The notes below the pieces were generated by a model. It had not been told where the DNA came from. It searched no databases and saw only the letters and a program-made list of their open reading frames with translations. Source: Tubulanus polymorphus (taxonomy: Eukaryota; Animalia; Nemertea). Taken from it: a stretch of DNA of 64,000 nt. The stretch is from positions 11,186,850 to 11,250,849 of the forward strand of contig NC_134029.1 in the NCBI RefSeq assembly GCF_964204645.1, read 5' to 3'. Below are positions 48,605 through 61,823 of the stretch, in pieces. Made by a program: the position numbers and the translations under genes. How positions within the stretch are numbered: position 1 is the first letter of the stretch; the number at the start of each line of letters is the position of its first letter.

Positions 48605-50098
48605 GTTGATTACAACAAAAATTAGACGGATATCTTAAGAGACAATGAAATGACAGGCAAATTCCTCGTGAGTCAAATTGACTCACGAAAATTTCATTGA
48701 AAAACTAAACCACAGTCAGGTTACTGACTAAGTGAAACTGAAGATTATTACAAATTTTTTAATTAGGGTACCGTGAGGAAAAATGGAACGCGTTGAACAT
48801 CAATCGAAAATTTTTTTCTGCCAAAAAAAATCAAATTAAATACAGCAGGAAAATTCATACGTCAATACAAAAATTGATTTCTCTTTCGAAAAATATTTAT
48901 TTGTTTCCGATCCTCCAGGAATATCGAGTACCGGGAATCTACGGCCCAAAATAAACAGTGCACGTGGCCAGCGGTAGGCCTACCGAATTCCTTATTTGGT
49001 GAAAGAAGGGGCGGAGACTAATGTTTTTGCCGACCGCGATGTTGCTGCTGCGAGCGAGACGTGCCGATCCGCGGGCTGCCGTGAAATTTTGAGTAAATCG
49101 TACGACTCTAATGCATCTCTAACCGCAGTTTTGGGGTCATAAAAATTTTATGAAATAAACGTTTTTTTAGTGCCGTGGCTTGGGATTGACTGCTCCGCGC
49201 GCGAGCATAATTCTCTGGGATTCGAACCCGCGGCGCCGAACCGGTGGGCGTTGCGTGTTATTTTGAATTCGCTCCCGTTGCTAAGGGAATTTCAGCTATT
49301 TTCAACTCGTTCCATCAACGCGGTTCATTGTTAAACTACTCAACAACTCAATCTTGTTCTAAATATCACAAAATGAATAAATTCTGAAATCACCCGATCC
49401 AAAAGTTGCCGGATTTTAGTTATTTCAATGCTGGATTTTAGCGTGACGTAATTCTACTTCCGATTTCCCCCATGAGATTCAAACCGGACGTCAAGTGATG
49501 TCATTTTTTTCTGACTTTGTCAGCTAGTCAGAATCGGTTAAGAAGACTCTTTGTAGTATCCACATATACGCGTTTACCAAAGGGACGCCCGCCTGGCGTC
49601 CGTCTATAATAGATGAAATCTGAGAGATGGACGCCTCGTCACAAGTCAAATTAGTCTGAATCACAGGGACCTGACAAAAAAATTTTTGACCCCAGTATCC
49701 TTGTACTATATATAAAAAAACAAGGGAGCCAACTCTCTGTCAAATCTGGGTGGTTTGAGGAAGATTTGAGTGCCTTTGAGATTGTTAAATCGTTCGATTA
49801 CGGTAATCCCAAAAACTCGGCAAAATCTTTCTGTACCGCACCAGCCTGGAAGTAAATATGACCATGATTTTTGAAAACAAACGGCGCTTTCGACCAGAAA
49901 TTCTGAACCGATTTTTACAAACGAGGGCGTTTCTGAATGCTAAGTCCTCACCAAACAAATTGATGGGTAATAAAGGTAGATAAACTGTTTATTAACGAAA
50001 TTACAGACCAAAACTTCGCACGGAGAGCAGGTGTGACAGACAGCAGTTAGTTACCTAATTGTTGGTGATAAGCTTTTTATAATCGGATGGGCTTATGC

Positions 50099-50597
50099 CT
50101 CAGGCACTCGCCGATGGGCTTGGGATACAGTTTCTGGGGTTTTTGATAGTGTATCTGTGTTTTGAGTAGTTCTGCAATAAGTCAGAGAAAAAATGTCTCG
50201 GTGCTGATACGTTTAAAAAGATAATGGCCGCTGGCTCCACATACGGCGACCTCACAAAACACTAACAAATTTCGTTTTTCAATCTAAAATTAAAACTTTT
50301 ATTCTACATGACACTTACGAGTGGTATGACAGTTATATATCCTATTATTCCATCCGACTGTAAGACACTATCAATTTGTGAAACGTCTTTAGTAATATAA
50401 AAGAAAAGGTGTTGCCGTGTCATCGCCTGTAAAGTTTTTCCTATACGCTCACGCTTCGTCAACTACCTTTTCTTTTATATTACTAAAGACGTTTAACAAA
50501 TCAAAATCGGATTTATTGCAGAATAACGAGTGAAAACACAAATACACTATCAAAAACCCCAGCAACTGTATCCCAAGCCCATCGGCGAGTGCCTGTG
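50099..50597. mobile_element. Foldback MITE with 7-bp imperfect TSD
   Basis: TIR caggcactcgccgatgggcttgggatacagtt; flanks cttatgc / cttatac. Confidence 0.85.
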
Positions 50598-51149
50598 CTT
50601 ATACCAGGAGTACGTTAGGGATGACAAGGGCCAAAACACGGTTGAAAAAAATAACACTTCAAAAATATATTTTCTATTGATTTCAGTCCTCAATTAATGG
50701 CTTAAATCACAAACTAACACAGGTACCTTTTGAAATAATCAAATTTTATGTATGTTTCGAGCGATTAATCAACATTATTTTGAGAAATTAATTAATTTCT
50801 CCACAAATTTTGCCATTGGCCGCCATTTCTCTGTAGCCTATTGCATACATGTGGCATGATAGACCAGGTGACCTACAAGGATTTATTTATATAAAACTTT
50901 CAAAACGAAACGACAATTTTTATTTTTGATAGTTTTCCAACTTATATTTCAAATCTTTTAGTTTTCCATAATAAATAGTGAAAAAATAAATTCTGGTTGA
51001 AGAAAAATGGATACTTAACTTGCCCTTTTCAATGTCCATTCATCCGTGGATCCGTTCCTAGATATGCCCTTTTAGCATATTTGAAATATGAAATTGATTG
51101 ATGGACAGCTCATTTATATTTGTTGATGCCGCGTCAAGCCCATGGGGCA

Positions 51150-51570
51150 CTTGTTAAGACGCTTCGATATAATGTATTGATATTTGGGTTACACGTGTAT
51201 CTACCCTAGACACATCATCAGTCTAAAAACTGGCCCTGTCAGAATCAAAATGGCTGACTGGCAGTCATTGTTGTTCGCCAAAGTCGGCACTTTTTACACG
51301 TTTTTGAAGGAAATTCGAAGACGCTTTGATCAATTACCTTGATCTTTCGTACATATTTGAATCCCCCAAGGGCCCATCAGCCTAAGAAAAATTGGGTTGA
51401 TCAATCAATTACAAAAACGTAGCTGCTGACATGTTCTATGATAGTGGTGAGTTTCAATGTCATTGGTTTTTGTGTCTGGTCACCAGGGGCGTTGAATATT
51501 GAAATTGTTAGATTGTTGAACATTTGAAACGACTTTCCAAGTGGACATGGTGTCCCTGGACCCCTAGTTT
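51150..51570 (-). repeat. Inverted, internally deleted family A copy
   Basis: Ends catggtgtccctggacccctagttt. Confidence 0.85.
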
Positions 51571-51910
51571 ACTGGTCAAAAGCACCATTCGTGTTCAAAA
51601 ATCATGGTCATTTTTACTTCCAACGAGTAGGCTGGTGCTGTACAGACACTTTTTGCCGATTTTTCCGATTAATCGCACTATTTAAAGATCTCAAAGGCAC
51701 CCATATTTTTTACAAACCACTTGGTCTGGCTCCAAAATTTGTTATCTTTATGAATAATCTTATTTGAAGTGGATTGGATGTTAACAAAGTTACTTAGTAG
51801 CGGCCTAATTAACAGCCACCGTAGTGTCATCAGTCCACATAGCCTCATTGCTAGACATTTTCCAAATATGTATTTGAAATTACATTTCAAATAGTATTAT
51901 TTATTTGCAG

Positions 51911-51959
51911 ATGATAAAAAAGAAGATGAAAAGAATGATTCCACTGTAATGGGTGAAGG
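51911..51959 (+). CDS. FIP1L1: FIP1 coding exon 2
   Basis: tttgcAG acceptor, GTAAGT donor; phase-compatible DDKKEDEKNDSTVMGEG. Confidence 0.75.
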
Positions 51960-52207
51960 GTAAGTATAGCTCATGAAATGTTCTGTGAGTGTGAAAAGTT
52001 TCAAGGTAATAGGTTTCAGTACTTTGCCACTGGGAGTTAAGGTCAAATATTGAAATTGTCACAATTTTAAGCTGTTCAAATCATTTCCAGTGGGCATGGT
52101 ATCCTCGGACCCCTAGGAAATACTTAGATTAAGACATTAATTCCTAAAGACATTTTTTCATGACCTATGAAAACATATTTACCCGAATGATTGAATTCTT
52201 TTAACAG

Positions 52208-52283
52208 CTTATCAGTAGATGCAGCACCATTTGTTCCAAAAAATGTGGATGAAGATGGTGAAATGAAACAACCAGCAACAGAG
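52208..52283 (+). CDS. FIP1L1: FIP1 coding exon 3
   Basis: ttttaacAG acceptor, GTTAGT donor; LSVDAAPFVPKNVDEDGEMKQPATE. Confidence 0.75.
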
Positions 52284-52372
52284 GTTAGTAATTAGTAGTT
52301 CAATAAACACTCTTATCCATGTACACTGTAGATAATTGGAAGAAATCTCGAATCAAATGGATCTTTTTGAAA

Positions 52373-52414
52373 CCACGACATTTCGGCTGTTGACTAACAA
52401 TCATCATCAGGCGG
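52373..52414 (-). ncRNA. Degenerate minimal type I hammerhead ribozyme motif (Penelope-type)
   Basis: Minus strand ccgc-CTGATGA-tgattgttagtcaacagcc-GAAA-tGTC-gtgg. Confidence 0.5.
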
Positions 52415-53384
52415 AACGGTGAATCATTCCAACGAAACATTGTGGTTTCAAAATAATACATTTTATCGTATAAAATTTGAATTGTTGGATTTCTTCAATT
52501 ATTTAGTGGTTATGTAATCAATATACATGTAGTTATGTATGAAAAAAAATCCTGGGCCAAATCCTTGTTATTTACTAGTTAAATTTCATCAAAACCAATG
52601 ACCCCTTGAATGAACTCTAGGTAATAACGCCCTAAGATTATCATACTTTATTATGATTTGCCACTCAAAGTTACGAAAAAACATATCTGAATTTATGGTT
52701 TGCATATATATTTTATTTCATAGTTTGCAGTTGTCAATAAGCGATTAGTTGAAAGTATTTATACTTAGATAGTAGACCTACTCTAATGAAACCAGTTGGT
52801 TTGTGTTTCATTACATACAGGGGTGTTCCATTTTCATGCTTTAATGATGGAACAGATATTACAAACTTTTTATTTTTCCCCCTGCGGTTCGAAGAAGGTT
52901 CCACTGTATATTAAGGCGACATGCAGTAGTAGCAATGTGTATTTACAAATCCATCAGAGATTAATATCGTAATGTACGGTAAATGTTGCATGATTCACCT
53001 ACGATATTTTTCTGCTGTGCCTGATGTTTGTTATGTAAAAAGTTTTTGAAAGGTGGTTTTTAATGTAGATTCTATTTACTGAAAGTATAATTACATAGCT
53101 ATAGTTCATCACGACAATATATATCATTCTGAGCACGACTATATATATTTTAGCAGATGTAGTAGGTATCTGATTAACTTGACCTAAACCCTGATTTACT
53201 GCCACGCTCTATTTTCCGCCATAGTCAGGAATCCCCACGGGTGGCGTTAATTTGAGGTATGAGTGCATTGGCAATTGCTTAGAAATTCCTGAGTATGATA
53301 TCACATGTAGGCTATGTAATTAATTTTTTAGTTTTGATATTTTAATGAATGGTCATGTTAAGTTATTGTTGAATATAACTATAG

Positions 53385-53479
53385 GAAGATGAAGTGGAGA
53401 AAATTGATGACGTAGAGGATTCTGATGATGATGACGATGTCCAGGTCACAATCGGAGATATCAAAACTGGTCCTTTGGA
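53385..53479 (+). CDS. FIP1L1: FIP1 coding exon 4
   Basis: Hallmark DSDDDDDVQVTIGDIKTG; AG acceptor, GTAAGT donor. Confidence 0.9.
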
Positions 53480-53716
53480 GTAAGTTCTGCAGTTTCTTCA
53501 TTATTCATCATTATCAGCAGGATTTCAAACTATTTGGCCTCCGTATAGCTTCCATCGATCGATGGCAAACCATATCATTAGGCTAAAAAATGAGACCTTG
53601 TTTCTTATTTATGGAGGAAAACTGTAAGCCCAAAAGTGACCTGGCAGGCAGCATTTTATTTTTATTTTTTTCCATAAAAAAGTATGAAATTTGATATATT
53701 TCCACCAGGCTGGCCT

Positions 53717-54335
53717 TTTGAGCCCACTTGGGACTTTAGTCCCAGCGGGCTATTACGTTCACTTTTCGTCTGTTGTCCGTCCGTAGACGGAATCCAGTTA
53801 TTTTGGGAAGTTTTGATATTCATCATTTGGTCACCAGGGGGCGTTGAATAGAAGAATAAATTAATATTTCCATATCATATTGGTAACTAGGCGTAATCAA
53901 TTACAAAATTGTAACTGCTGACATGTTCTATGATTGTGGTGAGTTTCAAGGTCATTGGATTTTTGAAGGTCATTGGATGGGGCGTTGAATATTGAAATTG
54001 TTAGATTGTTGAGCATCTGAAACCACTTCCCAAGTGGGCATGGTGTCCCTGGACCCCTAGTTTTATTTCTATTTACAAAAAGTCTCCATTGAAAATTTTT
54101 AAAATAAAAAATAAGTACAGTATATGGTTTTTGGAAGTTCTCACTGTTTGTCAATTACCATTCTAATAGGCCTGTAGGTTTAGTTTGATTGCCAGATGTT
54201 GGATCATTCCTATCTTCCTGTTTTCCAAATTTTCAAGGGCACGTCAACTATTCCAACTATTTTTAGCCCACTTGGGACTTTAGTCCCAGCGGGCTATTGC
54301 GTTCACTTTTCGTCCGTCGTCCATCCGTTCGTCAT
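53717..54335 (-). repeat. Inverted family A copies (53717-54062 and 54262-54335)
   Basis: agcccacttgggactttagtcccagcgggctatt hairpin occurs twice; the family 5' end is at 54062. Confidence 0.9.
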
Positions 54336-57300
54336 ATCCTATCTAAGCAGAAGTCCAACCAAAATTAGCTTAGGCCCTAAGTGTTCGAAAATTATATGTA
54401 TGCTTACTATCTATAATTATGAGATGCATCCAGCTGTATAAAGGAACAATGTGAAAAATGCACACAGATAACAAAAGAGGCAGAGGGTCTCTAACCATCC
54501 ATAATGATTTATACCCTAGGAACAAAATCCCAAATACAAGTAGAAGCACCGTTAGTCTATTCATACCGATATTGGTGTAAAAGTTAGGTTTGTCTTTGAC
54601 ATTGGAAGGGTTGATAATTAAATAATATCTTTAGCCAGCAGATGCCCAATGTTGTTGATAATTAACAGGCATCTAGCCAATCCCTGTTCTCTCCACAGAG
54701 ATTGAAACATAACAGATCAACAAACCAGGTGCTCTCAATGTCGGTTTCTTCAAAACACAGAAATGCAGAAATTGGTGTGTTAATTTTACGGACAATCAAG
54801 CTATATTGAATTTTACTTTATCCAGCTCAATTTCAGTAATTATTTCCGTTATACTGTGTTGTTGAAATTATCCAGACGACATAGCCAAATTCACAATGTT
54901 ATGAGCCACGATGAATGATTTACAATTAAATTAAAAAAACTGAGATATATGATTCTGCTTCTTAAGAATTCATTCAAAACCCAATGCTGAAGCACAAAAA
55001 CGATAAGCGCCGACAATGGAAAAAATGTAGATATTACCTTACTCACAAAAAAAATTCAATCATATCATGAGATTTGGAGATTTGTCCAAGAGTTTTATGC
55101 ATAACCCGCAAATGTAATGCTCAGCGTCTCAGGAAATCATTCATTACTGATGAAAAAGGGAACTCATCAAATCGAAGATGTAACACTTACTGTGGTTTAA
55201 AAGATTCGTTGAAAGGTCGAAAGATTTCTCTCAATATCATCTACAGATTAACAGATAAACAATTAACGAAACTCATGGTAATAAATAGCCCGCTGATGAG
55301 ACAAAAATGTTTATTTTCTCAGCAACCAAATCGTAAATGAGCAAGTAGAGTGAGTGAGTTCGAAGGTCAAATTCGTTTGTATGCAGCTGTGTAGTAAAAA
55401 TATGTTTGCATGCAGCTTACTTAGTTAGTTACCCAATTGTTTGGTGGTAAGCTTTTTATAATGGGATGGGCTTATACCAACATGAGGTTTGTGAAAATAT
55501 TCGATCGTGATATTAAACCTCAGACAGGTTACGACTTCATATGCATCTCTAATGAAACCTTAACATTGTCCCTAAAATTAGCGCCCCAATTTCTGTGTAT
55601 CTGCATTTCTGCTTTTTGAAGAAACCGTCTCAATATGTATATGAATGAAAAACTAACATGGAGATGGAAGTTGGAAAATAGTACCATTTAGCATTGATAA
55701 GACTGCAAAAGCTTGACAGTAATAACTTTGTATGTTAAAAAAGAATCTAGAAAAATAAGGTTATAAGTATTACCAAAAGAAAAAAAAGATAAGTTGAGAT
55801 GCATTCAGCGCAGTGCCAATTGTAATTATGATTATTATAAGTACTTTGGTGTAATCTAAGTAAATCAAAACAGGGATGTTGAAACATGGGAGATACAATA
55901 TAATAGAAGAATAATAGCGATACATAGTCTCAGAACTTTGAATTAAAGTTGGTTCAAGTTTGTACGTCTTTTGATGTCACCCATATTTGTAGCAGAAACT
56001 TTCCCATTCATGGTCCACACTGATTGGTAATCGCCGGATTTCTTTGTTCGGTTTACTAGTTGGCTCGCATTAGTGAGCCTATGTCAACGGTCTAGCCGAT
56101 CGATAATCATTCGTATGCTTAATACACTACGCTCGAAGCTATTTTTAGCACACTCAAGCGCAATTTCATTAGCCTGTAATTTCACTACTAACGGGCGAAT
56201 TGAATGGATTAAGCAATGTTAATATGTTTCGTAATTGGTTTCACCTTATGGTGCGCTAAGTTGAAAGCCGTGGGTTTCATATTTTCTGAGAAATTTACCA
56301 AAAATGTTCTAAAATTTGATTTATTTGAGCACGTTTTTTTATGCAGCATCTTAACCGTCCAAAATAGCACATGTGAAAATTCAATGCTATTTGTGTCGGA
56401 AGCACTTTATATCACTAAGATCCGACGCGTGGTTTGGTTGTTATGGGCTTTCAAAGACGAAACCCCTCAAAATCTTGGTTCTATAAAATTTGTGTTGACC
56501 CAGGAAGAAAGACACTAAATATTTGGATGGATATATGAAAGCTGTGGGTACTGGAGTGTGTAATGGGTAGTGTAGTGTGATCTGTGTGCATTTGTGGCCA
56601 GCACACAGATCACATTGTTCATTGGGGTTTGGACCAGGACTCGTAAGATTTTCAACAACACGGAAGTAACGTGTAATAAATGATGACTTGAATTGCATGA
56701 CTACCTACCAGCCCTCATTATTGTTGGAAAACTAAACGTTCCGCACTGAATAAAAATTAGTAATAACATTTTAGAAATGGCCAGAATTTTAACTTAGGTT
56801 CTATCTCATTTTTATTTTACAATTGCGATTGGTATAATTTTTTTTTAACGGCCGTTAAGGCTTCATGTTTCGTCTGCAATTCACTGCAAATAGTTACGCA
56901 ACTACGCACATTTCAGTGTTTTTGGCAGCTGTACACTCAATCGGCACCGTTCGTGACTAGCTTCACTGCGGAATTATCATTAATTAACATCGCCATATCA
57001 CATCATCAACTTATATTGTGCCTTAAAACCCTAACAGCCGAGATAATTGAAATGCACACACGATTTCTATCATTGAAAATTGAGAGTGGCCATGTTTGTG
57101 TTCTGCTGCTTTGCGTAAATCCCGCGCGGAGTGGGGCCGATACGTCCAGTTTTTACTTCCATCATGACGTCGTAACATTGAACGAGGTGGATCAGCTGGT
57201 GCGCGTTATTTCACAAACAAAATGGCGGCACGATTGAATAGGTTGATATTCATCATTTCTAGCGCGAATACTGATATTCAAGGCGCATGATATAACGATT

Positions 57301-57670
57301 TATTGTGTGCGATGTGTTCAAGGATTCATCTAGTTTTGATATCCTGTGCATAAGGTAACATTGCATCAAGATATCTGACGAAAATGTGGTTTCAAAATGC
57401 AGAAATTTACTTGCGTATTCGCCACACAGCTGATTCACTGATGGCATCGAATTTTTAGAGATGAGTCTGATATTTACACGACTGGAATACTTGTTTTATC
57501 ACCATTAATTGAAGTCATTTTATTAACGTTCGCATTAGCGATCCGTTTTAGAGCCTGATTATTTGTATTAGTTTGTTAACTGCGGCACAGTGGAGCGTCG
57601 GCGTTGAAAACAGTCGTGTACAGTCGCGAAGCAAGATAGCCTTTTACTCCTGTGTTCACTGCGTGTATAG

Positions 57671-58813
57671 CCGCATTCACACGACAACTACTTAGACCGG
57701 TCTAGATGGGTTCATACCTGGTCCGGTCCAAATTTAGACCGGACCAAATTTTGGTGAGCGTTCACACGGCGTTTTGACACGCGGTGATAAAATCGCTTGT
57801 CATCGGCCCACAAGATGTCGCCATCTGCTAAATAATTAATTGCGCCTGGATGAAGTCTTGCTTCCAGATTCCAAGTAGAGCAAGACATTCTTCATTTGAC
57901 CAATTCCATCCTATGTCACGTTTATACATTTTTGCGAATTCGATTTTATTCTATCACGCTGAAACTCTAAAGTGTCGTTTAAACACGGTTCAAAGCACAG
58001 CAGTAAAACGGATGATGATCGCGATATACAAATACGAATTACGCTCCAAACATTTCCATTGATTAGGGAGGAAAAAGAGTACTTAAAAATAATTACATAA
58101 ACGGTAATAAAAGCATTTAAAACTTATTAAACTGGACTCACACTCTGCCGCAGAGGTTGCGACATCTACCGCAGAGATTCAGAATAACGATTTAGACCGG
58201 ACCTGGTACCAGTACCAGTTTCTGTCCACACACGCATATTTAGACCGGTCCAAAATTTGGTCCGGACCTGGTTCGCTCTTTTTGACCGTGCCAAATTAGA
58301 CTGGTCTAAACTAGACCGGTCTAATTTGGAACGGTATTTCTGTTGCGATCTTTGTTTGGAGCATAAATACTGACCAAGCTAATAATTTTGCCAAAAAGTG
58401 TTAATTTGAGAGCGATTAACCATATTGTCATTGTTCTTTTTAATGACGGAATAATCTAAAGATCTTTTTATCCCAATGACCACTCCATTCTTCCTTTCAT
58501 TAGCATAAATATTATAAAAGATTTCAAAATATTTCTGAAGAGGTTTAAAGATTTTATGCTGTTCAAAATCAGTAGATATATGAGTCTCTTGAAGTAGGAA
58601 AATTTCGCAGTTTTTAATTTTCTCAAAAAGTGCATTGGTTCTAGAGTTAGAAAATACTAAACCATTGCAGTTTAAAGATAGAAATTTAATTTTCTCATTA
58701 TTCGCCATATTATTAAACCTACTTAAAAGTTTGAAAGAATGTTGGAACGGTATTTTAGCCCGTGTGACCGGACCAAATTTAGACCGGTCTAAATTTCGTC
58801 ATGTGAACGCGCC
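57671..58813. mobile_element. Harbinger-like MITE with tagaccggtcta/gaccgg subterminal repeats
   Basis: TIR gccgcattcacacgac / gtcatgtgaacgcgcc; interrupts family B at a site that is contiguous in copy 1. Confidence 0.8.
58340..58741 (-). pseudogene. L1/Tx1-like ORF2 N-terminal APE endonuclease fragment
   Basis: SLNCNGL..IFLLQETH..GVVIGI; flanked by the 14-bp direct repeat ttggaacggtattt. Confidence 0.8.
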
Positions 58814-59350
58814 TTATGTATCAGTTATAGAGTACGTGCGCCACGGTGTAGGTCGCGCGTAACAACGATTTGTCTGAGTGAAGATGTAAGCTACTTAAAG
58901 CAATCCTATCGTGAAATTATTAAAAATCATGTCAGTCGATAAACTTTGTTTCGTCAGTAACTAGCACTGACTGGCCTCAAATTTGAGGAACTTGGGAGCT
59001 TCTGTGCTGTTTGGTCCGTATGATAAAACCTCCAATGAAACCCAGGCTCTCACCAAATTTGTACCGTATCTTATCGGGTCACTCATAGTTTTAGTTGTTT
59101 TTACATCATTCAAGGGATGTATTACAATTATGAACATTTGTTCAGACAAAAGGCCCATAATAAATTTTTCGAAGATTTCATTCTCGTTAAAAGTCAGTCA
59201 TCATTTAAAGTTCACACTGATCAAAATTGAGTCCTTTTTTATATATTTTTTTCTTGTTTGATTTTCAATGAAATGATTTTTGCATACCGGTATCCTACGT
59301 GACAGATTTTTACTTCACACCAGTTTGGCGAGCCACTGGACTATTGGTCC

Positions 59351-60100
59351 TTTAATTTATTATTTCTGGCGCTAGGTCCTCGCGTATAACGATTCCTTTG
59401 CCTTTCAGTGTACTCCTGTTTGTAAGGACCTCCTCTCGTTTCTGGTTTTCCGGTTTTTTTATTTATACTTTTCTCCTTTGCCCTTACGCGATGGGCTTCT
59501 TCCATGTCGGATACATCAACTTCGATTCCAAGATTGGAGGATAACTGAGTAGCCACAACCAATTTACAGTTTTGTTTGTTGATTCTGCTAGCCCGGATAT
59601 GCGTTCCTCCTAGAATACTGGTTGTTTTCAGTAGCCATAGTTTTACATTCAGATATGCTTCTTTGTAATAAATCAATGTGGAGATCATCTGTGCATTCAT
59701 TTTTGACAATATTTCCACCTCATTTTTTAATTTTTATTTTTCTATTTCTCAGTTTGAAACTTCATTATCATAGATTCAATAATATCAGTGTGTTTTTGAA
59801 GGGCGTTTTCAAGGCTGTTGACTTCACACGCAAGCTCGGCTACAGCATCAATTGACAAAGGCCTGTCTCTTTTGGCTTTTTTGTCTGATCGGTCGTTTTT
59901 CCATTAGCTTTGAAGAAAACATCATTTTCATGATTATCAACAGAATCTTCACTTGTGGTTTGTCCAATTGAGTTATTAATACATGTATCTGCTTCTTGCG
60001 TAACAAATGACAACATAGTAGTTTGGGTAGCCATGGCGAATTTTGCGCGCTATAAAACGAATCTATTTATCAATATCCACTACAACTATAGCTGAAAGTT
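59351..60100 (-). pseudogene. LINE ORF1 remnant
   Basis: aaaattcgccATGG start at 60034; frameshifted coiled coil followed by LGIEV..MEEAHRV (ORF1 RRM AHR motif). Confidence 0.6.
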
Positions 60101-61770
60101 CATGGAGGTACTAGCATGAGTAGCAGGTAATTAATGTGTCAGACCACAAACTCAGTTCACAAAGTCTTATAGAATTATCGAGCTGACATGTACTCCTGAA
60201 CTGTAATCACTGGAGATCTGTTATAGTTAAAGTTGAGGAATTTTGAAAAAAAACCATCTTTTCAACATTTTCTGAATTATGCACAACTAAAAATGTTAGG
60301 TAAATCCATTGAGAGAGCTTCAATCCAGCAGACAGCCACATCCAGGAAACGCCCAGTCGCTTAAGTTGTCCAAATTACACCAAAGTTTGAGGAGCACAAA
60401 TTACAGGTGACCACTTCGTTCGGCCATTTTGAAAATCCTCTGAAGGGTTACGCTGTTACGTTCGCTACACTGGCAATTTCCTCCTGATCAGGTACTCAGC
60501 ATGTAATTTAGTTCCCCTTACCTGATTATCACTTGAAACACGAATGATGGAAGGAAAGATATCATTATTTATCAATTGACCATAAAAATCAATCAAAACC
60601 TGCATAATTCTAAAATATCGCAAGATAGATCCAGTGTATGTAAAGCCGATCGAGCGTAACTCTTATTTGACTTTGGTCATAAAAATCAAATTTCATGGCA
60701 ACGTATATGTAACTGTCGTTTAAGTGTTGCCCGTGCCATTATATTCCTGGAGGGACAATCAAAAGGGCAAATGATGTTGCGCAAAAATATATGCCTTATC
60801 GGCAAATTGATGTAGTCGAACGTTACATTTGTTTCACTTCACAAAAAATTGTTACGCTCGCAAAAGTTTACGCGCGTTTATTCTGGACAGTGTTCTAGGG
60901 AAGCCTCACAGTTCACCACTAGCAAGCAATTCGGACTGTTTATCAATCTAGTGTATTAGCATTATAGCTGGCCGATACATGCGCGCTGTAGTACGCAATC
61001 ATTCAACATACAGATATTTGACGGCGGTGCGGTATGTTCGAATATTGCTTGTTAACCTTTGTTTATTTCAGATTAAAGTGATTATATACTCCATTTAATG
61101 CATTGATTTGTGAGATTAGGATGTTTAGAAAAGAAATGTATCTTTGATGAATGGAGGGAAAATTTGTTATTTTGTGGAAAGCCCAAATTCTAATTGGTTG
61201 TCGAAGGTCAGTAGATCAGCGCAGTCAAAAACGTTACGTTATCAAAATGAAATATTACCTAGTTAAATTGATATCCGTACAAACGCTTTTGATTTCTAAA
61301 ATTTTCTTCACCGTCAGCTGGTTGGCGTGTGTAAATAAAGAAAAAAATGCGGATTTTATAGGGCGGCGTTCTCATCTCTGATTTTAAGATGTAGTCACCT
61401 TTGGGTACAGGCACCACTGGTCAATTACTCAAAAGTTATTTGGTTCTGGTAAGCCATGGCTATGTATGTTTTTACAGATAAGTATCTTGAAAATAACAAT
61501 TATAGTATTTTCTTTCATTGTCAATGATCAAGTTTACCATGATTTTCCCCAGTTCACATCCCGAAAAAACTGAGAAACTATGTATCCATGTACCTATAAG
61601 ACACAAATCCATTTTTGAGGTTACTTTTTATGAAAAAATGCATCTTATTCGTTAATTCTTGATTTTCTTTTGATTTGTCAAATGAACCACAATTTTGAAA
61701 TGGGAAACTAAAATTTATACTCGAAAACTCTGGAACAGGGACCTGAATTTTTAACTTTTATTTTTTGCAG

Positions 61771-61823
61771 ACAACGAAATTTATTCAAAGGAGGAACAAG
61801 ATATCAAGCTGCAACGGTTGCAG
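61771..61823 (+). CDS. FIP1L1: FIP1 probable coding exon 5 (gene continues beyond the window)
   Basis: Strong polypyrimidine tract plus gcAG; phase-compatible EQRNLFKGGTRYQAATVA; CAG|GTATTT donor. Confidence 0.65.

Larger units (their letters stand above)
56060..59350 (-). mobile_element. Repeat family B, copy 2, expanded by nested insertions
   Basis: Reverse complement of 27293-28250 in three blocks (56085-56410, 57500-57670, 58814-59350). Confidence 0.85.

Noticed and set aside
49205-49260. tRNA-like ggattcgaacccg
   Set aside because: Only a B-box-like fragment; no cloverleaf can be built.
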